Part shown: positions 1 through 8,440 of the stretch, piece by piece
Numbering within the stretch: position 1 is the stretch's first letter
How the letters are laid out: every line of letters begins with the position of its first letter
NCBI GenBank assembly: GCA_963631865.1
Contig: CAVGTO010000002.1
Location: forward strand, 7,054 to 71,053
DNA: 64,000 bases
Origin: Eggerthellaceae bacterium
Lineage (GTDB): Bacteria; Bacteroidota; Bacteroidia; Bacteroidales; Marinilabiliaceae
Direction of reading: 5' to 3'
Notes under the pieces: generated by a model
Seen by the model: the letters and a program-made list of their open reading frames with translations, nothing else
Database searches by the model: none
Told to the model about the DNA's origin: nothing
Position numbers and translations under genes: made by a program

Positions 1-206
1 CGACCACAGGCAATGACCACACGATGGCTGAGGTCTGCACATTTCTGATAAACAGCCGCCGCCTTATTGATGTCATAAACAACGAAGGCAATGGCGAAAT
101 GACGGAAGAGGACAAAAGCAAGATCCGCTTCATTTGCGAAATATTCGCACAGCTCGGCATTGTGTACGAACCACTAAATAATGTCGTAGAAAAATATCTG
201 AAATAA
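1..206 (+). CDS. 3' end of a hypothetical protein gene entering from upstream of the window
   Basis: The frame of the 24..206 ORF stays open back to base 3. It ends 12 nt before the TerD-like gene on the same strand. No family recognised. Confidence 0.3.
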   Translation, partial: TTGNDHTMAEVCTFLINSRRLIDVINNEGNGEMTEEDKSKIRFICEIFAQLGIVYEPLNNVVEKYLK

Positions 207-218
207 AAACAATAAGAC

Positions 219-896
219 ATGAGTACATACAACTTCGCAAAAGAATCGCTGAAAAAAGGCGAGCAGTTCAACTTCAGCAAAGAAGCGGGACTGAACTACA
301 TCCGCGTAGACTTGACGTGGAAAGGAGGAGCAGACCTGGACGTTTGCGCATTCCTTGTGAATGATGACGGCATCCTGGCTCACAATGAGGACTTCGTATA
401 CTACAATTCTGATTACAGGTGGGCTCCGAAGTCGAATGAAAATCCTACGGAGGGACATGTCGAGCCGTTCAACATGTCTGTCCACCGTACAAAAAAGAAT
501 TGGAGGGCAAATACGGTACCCGTTTCCGTAGACAATTCGGTAATCGGGTCTCCCGACGAATTGGGTGAAGACGAGGGCGAGGACTGCAGCGAGACCATGC
601 ACTTGGTTTTGGACAGAGTTGGCAATGACATTCGTGCGATTGTATTTGGCTGCGCCATCTATCCGCATCCCGAGAATCCGCAGACATTCAGCTCTGTAGT
701 CGATCCTGCCATCGTCATATCGGACGAGGCGACAGGCAATGTGCTGTGTCGTTTCGACATCAAGGAGAAGTTCGGAGCCGAGACTGCTCTTGAGGCTGGA
801 CGCATCATGCTCAACGACGAAGGCGAGTGGGTCTTCGAGCCGATTGGAAAGGGCTACACTGGAGGTATGCCGACATTGGCTGATATCTACGCCTAA
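219..896 (+). CDS. TerD-domain (tellurium-resistance/stress family) protein
   Basis: 225-aa ORF with TerD hallmarks: 'LKKGEQFNFSK...IRVDLTW', 'DLDVCAFLV', the acidic segment 'GSPDELGEDEGED', and a C-terminal 'EWVFEPIGKGYTGG...LADIY'. It appears to carry an insertion of about 35 aa relative to canonical TerD of about 190 aa. Confidence 0.8.
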   Translation: MSTYNFAKESLKKGEQFNFSKEAGLNYIRVDLTWKGGADLDVCAFLVNDDGILAHNEDFVYYNSDYRWAPKSNENPTEGHVEPFNMSVHRTKKNWRANTVPVSVDNSVIGSPDELGEDEGEDCSETMHLVLDRVGNDIRAIVFGCAIYPHPENPQTFSSVVDPAIVISDEATGNVLCRFDIKEKFGAETALEAGRIMLNDEGEWVFEPIGKGYTGGMPTLADIYA

Positions 897-908
897 GCCA
901 TCGGAGGT

Positions 909-1613
909 ATGGCAGAAGAGAAAAAAGGGAAACGTACGCCATATAAATTTGACTTCGAGAAGCAGAAATCCTTCAAATACGACTTCCGAAAGGAAGAAGA
1001 TGAAGAAGAGACCGTTGCTGAATCTTCGGAGAAGAAAAAGAATGGCCACGGCGCGATAATAGCCATTGCAGCCGCTGTGGTTTGCGTAGGTATTGCCGTA
1101 TATGCGTGGAATAACTATCGTAGTAATGAGGTAGTTACCAAGGATACTACTAGCAATGCAGAAGTTGTCACCAGCAATGAAGACAAGCAGCAAATAGTCG
1201 AAGAAGAGACTACTCCAGCTGCTTTCGACGCCGCAGAGACTTCTTCTCAACCAAGCGACGTTGCAACTGCAAGTCAAAGTGACAATTCTTCAAATGTTAC
1301 GGAGGCTTCGTCATCTGTAAATTCTAACACCACAGAGGCGTACGGGAATGCGGCGAGCGCTGATAACGCAAACGCCGGAATTGACAAAAACCTGCAAAAG
1401 GCATCTGCAGAAAGCGGTATATCTGAGCTGAAATCAAAGGCTTCCCCAAAAGCCACAACGGCGATTGGCAAGTCTGACGTAGACAAGATGGCTTACCTTG
1501 TAATACGAGGAAACTATGGCAATGGTGAGCGTCGTAAAGCGTTATTGGGAGATAGTTATACAACCATCCAAAATCGCGTTAACGACCTTTACCGGGCAGG
1601 CGAGGTACATTAG
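909..1613 (+). CDS. Single-pass membrane protein with a low-complexity linker and a C-terminal Cpl-7/CW_7-like cell-wall-binding repeat
   Basis: Starts 13 nt after the TerD gene. Charged N-terminus, one TM helix (GAIIAIAAAVVCVGIAVYAW), an S/T/N/A-rich linker, and the tail 'VIRGNYGNGERRKALLGDSYTTIQNRVNDLY', which resembles the CW_7 repeat. Confidence 0.55.
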   Translation: MAEEKKGKRTPYKFDFEKQKSFKYDFRKEEDEEETVAESSEKKKNGHGAIIAIAAAVVCVGIAVYAWNNYRSNEVVTKDTTSNAEVVTSNEDKQQIVEEETTPAAFDAAETSSQPSDVATASQSDNSSNVTEASSSVNSNTTEAYGNAASADNANAGIDKNLQKASAESGISELKSKASPKATTAIGKSDVDKMAYLVIRGNYGNGERRKALLGDSYTTIQNRVNDLYRAGEVH

Positions 1614-1633
1614 TACCTTTGGCATAAATTTAT

Positions 1634-1682
1634 ATCTCCCCGAGGCTGGTATATTTATACCGAGTCTCGGGGAGATTTTTTT
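1634..1682 (+). terminator. Rho-independent terminator after the TerD/CW_7 pair
   Basis: Stem atctccccgag (1634-1644) pairs with ctcggggagat (1666-1676) and is followed by a T7 run. Confidence 0.6.
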
Positions 1683-1691
1683 GTGCGACCA

Positions 1692-1907
1692 TCAAAGTGA
1701 GGCTACCATCTTGGCGAGGAGGGCTCTCTGATGATTGCCTTCGGATCGGTCGGCAAGGAAATATACATCGCTCTCACCAAGGACGCGCTTAATGAGGGTT
1801 GACTTGCCAAGGCGACGTCGGCCGTAAACAACAGTAAGTGACGGCCTTTGCGCAATAATAGCTTTTTGGAGACGAGCAGTCTCGTCGATCCTGTCTACAA
1901 ACTCCAT
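1692..1907 (-). pseudogene. N-terminal fragment of an AAA+/DUF234-type ATP-binding protein
   Basis: The 71-aa ORF 'DETARLQKAIIAQRPSLTVVYGRRRLGKSTLIKR' parallels the N-terminus and Walker A of the intact 481-aa ATPase at 35645 ('ALEDCLESQRSELVVIYGRRRVGKTFLVRH'). It stops after about 70 codons. Confidence 0.6.
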
Positions 1908-2252
1908 TGGCTTCAGAATTATTATGCACCGCGAACATAATGTTTTGGGAGCATAATCACAATCCTATTTTCAGTTGACAATAGACTAATCCTCCGCCAC
2001 CTCCTGCCAGGCGGTGAGGCCCATACCGCGGTCGTCAAGCTCGATGGCGAGGCCAATGGGCTTGCAGTCGGAGTCAACAAAGGAAGCCAGGTAGTGATAA
2101 GCAAATTTGGATTTGTGGGTGTTGAGGAGCCTGGCGGGGGTGATGGATGTGGATTATACAAAGTATTAGTTTCTCAGGGGGTGCGATAACGTCGCATCAC
2201 AGCGTATGGGCATAAAAAAAGCGTCGGAGTCAAGAAGACTTCGACGCTGGAG

Positions 2253-2326
2253 TGATACCGGAGGGATTCGAACCCCCAATCTTCTGGGCCGTAACCAGAG
2301 GCATTATCCAATTGTGCTACGGTACC
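2253..2326 (-). tRNA. tRNA-Arg, anticodon ACG
   Basis: Folded by hand as a 74-nt cloverleaf. Acceptor GGTACCG/CGGTATC, anticodon stem TCTGG/CCAGA, loop TTACGGC (anticodon ACG), T arm GGGGG-TTCGAAT-CCCTC, discriminator A. CCA is not encoded. Confidence 0.9.
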
Positions 2327-2366
2327 AAACCTTTTGTTGCTCTCGGTGTTTTTCCCGATTGCGATG

Positions 2367-2374
2367 CAAAGGTA
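2367..2374 (-). promoter_or_regulatory. Candidate Bacteroidetes -7 box (TACCTTTG) for the tRNA
   Basis: The reverse complement of caaaggta matches TAnnTTTG, 41 nt upstream of the tRNA 5' end. No clear -33 TTTG. Confidence 0.3.
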
Positions 2375-2670
2375 GGTGTTTTTTTGGTTCGTTGTATCTC
2401 CTGGCGGTTATTTTTTTTGAGATTTTTATCCGAGGATTGAGAATAGATTCTGTTTTTGGTTGATAATATCGTGTCTATCAAGGGGATAGAGAGATTGTAA
2501 TTTTTGCGGGTAAGGGATTTTGGTTTACAAGCTTTGCCTAGGGGAAGGCTCGTTTTGTTCGCTTGCTCCCCTAGGCTACAAAGGCGCATGCCCTGCTCTG
2601 CATACACGATTCTGAACTTCGCAAGAATTCGTAGCACCTGGCACTACATATATAACCCCGCAGGCTTTCC

Positions 2671-2760
2671 CAGTTCTCAGCGCACAGTTAACAGTGCACA
2701 GTTTCAGGAGTTTTGAGATTTGACAGCATAAGCGACTGCAACTGCTAACTGTTAACTGGT
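2671..2760. repeat. Heptamer arrays: (CAGTTNN)x5 at 2671-2707 facing (NAACTGN)x4 at 2733-2760
   Basis: Direct reading gives cagttct cagcgca cagttaa cagtgca cagtttc ... cgactgc aactgct aactgtt aactggt. The second arm covers the last codons of the 2745..3233 gene. Confidence 0.85.
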
Positions 2761-3233
2761 GCCGATGTAAGGACTTGGATTTCGTCGTCGGACTGGGCGA
2801 GTTGGGAGTGGAGTTTGCCGCCGGGGCGGAAGTGGGCCAAGACGACTTTGGTGGCGTTAGAGATCATGTAGCGGTTGCGGCATTCGGCTTGGCCGTAGCA
2901 GTCGACCCACGGGAGGAGGAAGTCGGTGGTGGTTACGACGAGCAGGCGGGCTTCGCCAATGGCCTCGACGATGTACGTGGGCCAGAGTTTGGGATATGGT
3001 TTGTCGAGGACGAGAATGGTGGGGATGCGGCGTGCGAGGAGCTTCGCGAGGGCTTTCTGCTCAATTTTTTGGAGATTGCCGCAGAGGACGCAGTCGGTGG
3101 CCGGGTCAAGGGTCTCGATCCATTTTGTGACCTCCAGCTCGGCATTGGCGGGGGCGTTGCGCGACGAGAGGAATGCTATTTTTCGTTCGTGGGTCAACAG
3201 GTCGATGTTGCCTATGGGGACGGAGAGAGACAT
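2745..3233 (-). CDS. Small DprA/Smf-like Rossmann-fold protein (function uncertain)
   Basis: 162-aa ORF with an ATG start. 'IAFLSSRNAP...', 'CGNLQKIEQKALAKLL...IPTILVLDKPYP' and 'CRNRYMISNATKVVLAHFRPGG' loosely follow the DprA Rossmann-domain pattern. Confidence 0.45.
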   Translation of the reverse strand: MSLSVPIGNIDLLTHERKIAFLSSRNAPANAELEVTKWIETLDPATDCVLCGNLQKIEQKALAKLLARRIPTILVLDKPYPKLWPTYIVEAIGEARLLVVTTTDFLLPWVDCYGQAECRNRYMISNATKVVLAHFRPGGKLHSQLAQSDDEIQVLTSAPVNS

Positions 3234-3242
3234 ATCGGTTTA

Positions 3243-3356
3243 CAGTTAACAGTGCACAGTTATTTCCAGTAGCAGTGCACGGTTTGCAGTGCACGTTTTT
3301 TCTAGTTCTTTGTGCACTGCTCTTTTTTGTTTTCAGTGCACAGGTAACAGTTGGCG
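3243..3356 (+). repeat. Degenerate CAGTTNN/CAGTGCA heptamer array with an internal 9-bp inverted repeat
   Basis: cagttaa cagtgca cagttat ... gcagtgcac (3286-3294) pairs with gtgcactgc (3312-3320), followed by cagtgca caggtaa cagttgg. Confidence 0.7.
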
Positions 3357-3465
3357 TTTTTTATTTTGACCTGGCCGCGGGTGCTTCTGTTGGTTTAATG
3401 GGATAGGGAAGACGTAATGTACGTTTTACGATGGTGATAATGTATAGTTTCGGGAGGGATTTAAC

Positions 3466-4941
3466 TTAGTTCCCGATTAATGAGACGACATCACTTTCGG
3501 AGAAGGGGGCGGGAGCGGGGCTCACGTCGGGGATGTTGTAGGATTTGAGGCAAAGAAGGTCGTGCTCGGGGTCGGCTTGCGGGAGGGCGAAGGGACGGGA
3601 GGCGTGGCCTTGGGCATCGATGTGGGCTATGTAGACGCGGCCATATTGACCGTCGTGGCGTTTGGAGGCGAAGACGACCCAGCGGCTTGAGCTGGACCAC
3701 GTGTGGTAGGTCTCGGAGAGCGGAGAATTGAGGGGCGAGACGTCGGCCTCCTCACCCGTATGGAGGTCAATCATGCGGAAATCTGTCTCGCGGTGCCATA
3801 TGGGGAAAGTGCCGCTCTCGGAGGCCGAGAAAAGGAGGAAATGGCCGTCGGGGGAGACCTTTGGGAAACTGGCTGACATGCCATAACGGCTTGCGCTCCA
3901 AAGGGTATCGATGGGGCCAGCCCACTCACTGTCATTACGATTGAAGCCAACGCGGAGAATGGAGTAACGCAGGCAGGCGAGGCTATCGGGCAACGGGAGA
4001 GCCGGCGCCGAGCAGAAATAGACAGTATCGGCATTGGGCGAGAAACAGGGGAAAGTCTCGAGCGTGGAGTCGCCACTTACGAGGGGCGAGAGGATCATCT
4101 TGCCGCTGTCGAAATCGGCAATGCAGAGGTCGCTCTGAGCGTCGTAGACCTCCAAGCGGCGGCTGCCTTGGGAATGGAGGAGCGGGATTATCTCGTTGGT
4201 GGAGAAGACGCCGTAGTGGCCATCGGGACTTATGTCGCCATAGACGGCGCCGCCTTTCATATGCGGGTTGCGGAGATTGACTTTGCGGAGCTCATCCACA
4301 GCCCCACCCTGCCCACAAGAATGGAAGAGGAGACTAGCGCCGCCCTCGCCGCGGACGTGGAAAAGAGTAGTACGGCCGTCATGGCTATGGATATGGCAGT
4401 TCATACAGCGGCCACCGAGATTGCGGTTGTCGGCAAGGATGCGGGAGTTGAAAGACGTCATGTCCCGCTCCTCAATCTGAATGGCGTTCCAGACCTCGTA
4501 GCCGGGCTCGATGAGGCGGTAGGTGACGAAGGGGTCGAAAAGGTCGTCACTCACATCGAAAGAGAAAGTATCGCAGAGGAAGGATCCCGCACGGCGGTAA
4601 TAGAGAGTTACGCCGACATGATTGTCGGACGCGCCAGCCAAAATCTTGCGCCAAACGCCCTCATCGATAACCACCTTACGCCCACGACTAGCCACGCGGA
4701 GCGACCCGTCTCCAGTCGCAAAATCCGCGCAAACGGCATCGACGGAGTCGCAGGTGAGCATAAAGTTGAGCGGGGCGATGGAACGCGGGATGGTCACTCC
4801 GCGGTAGTCGGGGTAAATTTCGTCGGCAGAGAGGGGAACGATGGGATAACCGTCCCCTTCGGGGATGGGGGTGCAGGCTGCGAAAAGTGCGGCGCTGGCG
4901 ATTAGAGACGATAGGCGGGGATGGGTATTATTATTGGGCAT
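3466..4941 (-). CDS. Lipoprotein, copy 1: N-terminal domain, CxxCH motif and a PD40/TolB-like beta-propeller
   Basis: ORF 3466..4974 begins at a TTG. The ATG at 4941 gives the lipobox 'SLIASAALFAAC' and overlaps the upstream stop (TAATG). Motifs: PDYRGVTIP..APLNF, YRLIEPGYE, CMNCH, and SPDG-type blades (ISPDGHY, FSPNADT, VSPDGHF, WSSSSRWVVFAS). Confidence 0.8.
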   Translation of the reverse strand: MPNNNTHPRLSSLIASAALFAACTPIPEGDGYPIVPLSADEIYPDYRGVTIPRSIAPLNFMLTCDSVDAVCADFATGDGSLRVASRGRKVVIDEGVWRKILAGASDNHVGVTLYYRRAGSFLCDTFSFDVSDDLFDPFVTYRLIEPGYEVWNAIQIEERDMTSFNSRILADNRNLGGRCMNCHIHSHDGRTTLFHVRGEGGASLLFHSCGQGGAVDELRKVNLRNPHMKGGAVYGDISPDGHYGVFSTNEIIPLLHSQGSRRLEVYDAQSDLCIADFDSGKMILSPLVSGDSTLETFPCFSPNADTVYFCSAPALPLPDSLACLRYSILRVGFNRNDSEWAGPIDTLWSASRYGMSASFPKVSPDGHFLLFSASESGTFPIWHRETDFRMIDLHTGEEADVSPLNSPLSETYHTWSSSSRWVVFASKRHDGQYGRVYIAHIDAQGHASRPFALPQADPEHDLLCLKSYNIPDVSPAPAPFSESDVVSLIGN

Positions 4942-6488
4942 TATTTTTTGGAATGTAGTTGGCAGTAGAGCCAATAGGAGTGGGCGAAACTGCGTTTGAG
5001 GGCCGAGGCGTCGCGACGCTGCATGAGATCGTTGAAGCGGTCGAAATCGCGGACCACGTCGGAAGGCATCTCGATGCCCGCGAGTCGTGCACGGACCTCG
5101 GGCGGCGCGACGGTCGAGACAACCATCAGAGCCTCGGCGTAGGTGCGCGTCATGAGGCCATTGGCGTAGGCCAGGTAATCCTCGGCGAAATCCGCCATAG
5201 AGGTTTCCTGGAGATCGAGGGCGAGAAGGTATGTGCGCGCAAGGCCGTTGGAAGGATTGGCATCCAAGAGGTTGCGGAGCGAGCGGCGATAGTCGTCCGA
5301 AGCGCGGAGGGTGTCGCGGGAGGAGAGATAGGCACGCTTGTCGGCGAGCCAGGCGAGGTATGCGGCGCCACGGTTCTCGGGGCGGCAGGCATGGGCGAAT
5401 TTGGCATGGCGGAAAGTATGGCTGAGCATACCCAAGTATTTATCGGCCGCTTGCTCGTCGCCACGGATAATATTAATCTCGGCGAGGCGAATCACGTGGC
5501 GCGCGCAAGAGTGGTTGGGCGAGAAGATCATACCGAGGATTGTGGCGTGCTCGGCAAGGGTCATGTCGCCTATGGCATACCACACTTGGCCGGCGGCGGT
5601 GATGCTGAGGTAGTTGCCCGAGGGGGCCACGGGGAGGAAGAGTTGCGTCTGGGCGAGGTCGATATCGTCTATGGCGACGTCGGCCTTTTCGCGGAAGAGG
5701 TGGAGAGTGTATAGGCAATTGGCAATCTGCGTATTGCGGACACGAGGCGGGTAGTCGGCGGGCGAAAGCTTCTTGTTCCACCAAGTCTTGGTATCGACAC
5801 GGAGGATAGACTCGGAAGTGAGGTCGGGCCAGCCTAACCAGCATCCGCCAATGAAACCATGCCAAGGGGCTAGAAACATGGCCACGAGAGCCATTGCGGC
5901 AATGCGCCACCGACGGCGAGCCACCTCCGCGGCAATGATATACGCAAAAGCCACCACGCAGCCGTAGCCAACGGACGTGAGGCCCAAAACAACTATGGCG
6001 AAAGCCACCAAAGCCCTAACTCTCGGCCACTTAGAGACGGGATATAGATTGGCAAGGATGACGCCGAAGAGAAGCGACAGAGACGACGACAACGGATATT
6101 CGCCAACGCACTGGCGCCCCGCCTCCCAAATCATGACTGCCACGCCCGCGCCGAGCGCCACACGCCAATCGACCCACAGGCGACGGAGCCCATATGCCAC
6201 GAAACCGCCAAGCGCATAGAGCACGAAGACGACGATGACGGGTCCGCAGCCAACGTAGTAATAGAATTGCGTAAGGAAACCGCCCACGACGGCCGGCAGC
6301 CAGGCACGGGAGTCGTAGACCCCCTGGCTAAACATCTGACGGATGAAGTCGGACGAGGACAAAAAGAGTGAGAACTGCTCCCGGTGGTAGAAATGGTAGG
6401 GGTAGCAGAGCATGAAGAATATGAGGATTGCGGCGGCTACTGCGGCGCAAACAACTATCGAGACGATAAGATGACGTGTGGGACGCAT
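4941..6488 (-). CDS. Large polytopic membrane protein with a helical C-terminal half, copy 1 (DUF6057-like by recollection)
   Basis: ORF 4941..6518 starts at a TTG. The ATG at 6488 matches the N-terminal length of the paralogs. Shares 'GGFLTQFYYY' and the C-terminal helical region with the 6623 and 10530 genes. It is the most divergent of the three. Confidence 0.75.
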   Translation of the reverse strand: MRPTRHLIVSIVVCAAVAAAILIFFMLCYPYHFYHREQFSLFLSSSDFIRQMFSQGVYDSRAWLPAVVGGFLTQFYYYVGCGPVIVVFVLYALGGFVAYGLRRLWVDWRVALGAGVAVMIWEAGRQCVGEYPLSSSLSLLFGVILANLYPVSKWPRVRALVAFAIVVLGLTSVGYGCVVAFAYIIAAEVARRRWRIAAMALVAMFLAPWHGFIGGCWLGWPDLTSESILRVDTKTWWNKKLSPADYPPRVRNTQIANCLYTLHLFREKADVAIDDIDLAQTQLFLPVAPSGNYLSITAAGQVWYAIGDMTLAEHATILGMIFSPNHSCARHVIRLAEINIIRGDEQAADKYLGMLSHTFRHAKFAHACRPENRGAAYLAWLADKRAYLSSRDTLRASDDYRRSLRNLLDANPSNGLARTYLLALDLQETSMADFAEDYLAYANGLMTRTYAEALMVVSTVAPPEVRARLAGIEMPSDVVRDFDRFNDLMQRRDASALKRSFAHSYWLYCQLHSKK

Positions 6489-6527
6489 AACAAGGGCGAA
6501 TATATAAAATATCGGCAAACATTTTTA

Positions 6528-6535
6528 TATCTTTG
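6528..6535 (+). promoter_or_regulatory. Candidate -7 box TATCTTTG for the 6623-13755 operon
   Basis: Exact TAnnTTTG match in the intergenic region between the two divergently oriented cassettes. Confidence 0.4.
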
Positions 6536-6622
6536 CACATATTTTAAGACAGCGAAGATGTGAGCCACCCGTCAGCACTCACCCTTTCCGAGACGGTCTC
6601 GGCACACATACTAACAACACCG

Positions 6623-8440
6623 ATGCACACGACAACCGACAAGAAACATAGCATGCCCAGCATAGCCTGCGCGGCACTCACTTTTGCCGCTTCATTTGCC
6701 TTTTGGCTCTTCGTGCACCCGGAGGCCATGTCGTTCCACGAGCAATATACGATGTTCCTTTGCACATGGGACTTTGCAGCGCATAGGCTGGCAGTGGCCG
6801 GAGGGCTGGCTGAATACGTTGGAGAATTCATAACTCAATTTGCTTATTACCCGGCAGCAGGAGCTGCACTCATGGCCTTGCTCATGGTGGGGCTCGGGAG
6901 TGGCGTATGGGCCGTCATGCGGAAGATGGGGGCCAGAGAAGGGCACTGTTGGCTGAGCGTCTTGCCCGTGGCGTTGCTCATTGGCTATATGGGCGACGAG
7001 AATGTGGAGCCGGCTTTTGCCGTGGCGCTTACAGGCGGAATATGGATGGCGGCGGGATATGGACTATTGCAAGGTCGGTGGGCGCGGGTTTTTGGAGCTG
7101 GGATTGGGACATGCGTATGTTATTGGGCTTTGGGGCCGGTGGCATGGGCGTTCGCAGTGCTTTGCGGCGTTATTGACATGCGGCGCGGGGCTGGTGTTTG
7201 GGCCGGGCTTGTTGGATTGGTTTGCCTTAGCATCATTTTTTTCATTGCCTCAATTAGTTGGATGAGTCAGTATACGACACAGAACATCCTCTTGGGTCAC
7301 AACTATCATAATTTCCGGATGACGTGGCCCGCCATGCAATTTGTGGTTGAGGCGAGCATTGTAGTCGTGCCTGTGGTCGGCTCATTTTTACCATCAATAG
7401 AGAAGATTTGGGTATCAGCAATCGAAGGCGTCACAATATTCATACTCAGTTCGATATTCGCAATCACCTCATACGATGCGGACAAATACGCAGCCATAGC
7501 ATACGACAGCCTCGTGCGCGCCGAGAAATGGGACGAAATAATAGAACGGGCAACCAAGCGAGCCCCAAAGGACGCCACGAGCATGACGGCCGTTAACCTC
7601 GCCTTGGCCGAGCGCGGCGAACTATGCGAAAGGATGTTCGCCTACCCGCAGAAAGGCGCGGAGGGACTCATAGCTCCATCGCGGCGCGACCAGTTATCCG
7701 CCATAACATCCGCCGAAGCCCTTTTCCGCCTCGGGATGGTGAACGAGGCGCAACACTACTTCTTCGACTCACAGGAAGGCATAGTAGACTGCCACAAGAG
7801 CGCTCGCCTAAGCAAACGCATTGCCGAGACGCTCATAGTGAACGGACGGTACGAGATGGCGCGGAAATACCTACATCGGCTCAGCAAGACCCTTTTCTAC
7901 AGTCAGTGGGGCAAGAAAGCCGAATGGGCGATAAAGAGCGAAGCCACGGTTTGCGCGCACCCCACGTGGGGCCGACTGCGCACCTTAAGGTACAAAGACG
8001 GCTTCGTCTGGAACTACTACGCCATGGACAAGATGCTGGCCATACTCTACACGAGCAACACAGGCAACCGCATGGCGCTGGACTATTACATGGCCCAATG
8101 CCTCTTACGGCGCGACATTCAGAGAGTTTGGAAAGGCCTCGGGTGGGCAATAGCCGACTATGGGCGGGACAACATCCCGCGCCACATCCAAGAGGCCGTG
8201 GCATTGGCATGGATCCAGGGGCATAAGGATTTTGAGGGCGTACCCATAACTCTTTCTGAGAGCGTCGTCTCCGACCTTATGGAATATATGCGCATCTACA
8301 CAGCCAACGCATCCGACCCGCGCCTCGACACACAGCGGTGGCGAGCCACATACTGGCACTACCTGCTGCGCCAAAAGCCATCGGACGCCACAACGGGAGC
8401 CACGCAGAAATCAACCGCCAACGAAGAACAGACACGATGA
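6623..8440 (+). CDS. Large polytopic membrane protein with a helical C-terminal half, copy 2
   Basis: The ORF is open from a GTG at 6560. The ATG at 6623 gives an N-terminus the same length as copy 3. Motifs: 'HPEAMSFHEQYTMFL', 'YVGEFITQF', 'NLALAERGELCERMFAYPQ', 'LGMVNEAQ', 'GRYEMARKYL'. Confidence 0.8.
   Translation: MHTTTDKKHSMPSIACAALTFAASFAFWLFVHPEAMSFHEQYTMFLCTWDFAAHRLAVAGGLAEYVGEFITQFAYYPAAGAALMALLMVGLGSGVWAVMRKMGAREGHCWLSVLPVALLIGYMGDENVEPAFAVALTGGIWMAAGYGLLQGRWARVFGAGIGTCVCYWALGPVAWAFAVLCGVIDMRRGAGVWAGLVGLVCLSIIFFIASISWMSQYTTQNILLGHNYHNFRMTWPAMQFVVEASIVVVPVVGSFLPSIEKIWVSAIEGVTIFILSSIFAITSYDADKYAAIAYDSLVRAEKWDEIIERATKRAPKDATSMTAVNLALAERGELCERMFAYPQKGAEGLIAPSRRDQLSAITSAEALFRLGMVNEAQHYFFDSQEGIVDCHKSARLSKRIAETLIVNGRYEMARKYLHRLSKTLFYSQWGKKAEWAIKSEATVCAHPTWGRLRTLRYKDGFVWNYYAMDKMLAILYTSNTGNRMALDYYMAQCLLRRDIQRVWKGLGWAIADYGRDNIPRHIQEAVALAWIQGHKDFEGVPITLSESVVSDLMEYMRIYTANASDPRLDTQRWRATYWHYLLRQKPSDATTGATQKSTANEEQTR

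Noticed and set aside
174-1277. 367-aa ORF on the minus strand
   Set aside because: It is antisense to the TerD-like and CW_7 genes, which have recognisable domains. Its translation is low-complexity with no recognisable motifs.
1922-2161. 79-aa proline/serine/threonine-rich minus-strand ORF
   Set aside because: It has low-complexity composition. A different frame of the same strand (1986-2153) gives a more protein-like but start-less remnant, which is mentioned in the tRNA-flank finding.
1-2326. Calling the tRNA-Arg flank a prophage or integrative element
   Set aside because: No integrase, att direct repeat or phage structural genes are visible within the window. It is kept only as a hypothesis to check upstream.
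2775-3272. 165-aa plus-strand ORF overlapping the DprA-like gene
   Set aside because: It is a shadow ORF. The minus-strand product has an ATG start and a Rossmann-like pattern, and the plus-strand product is G/E/V-rich.
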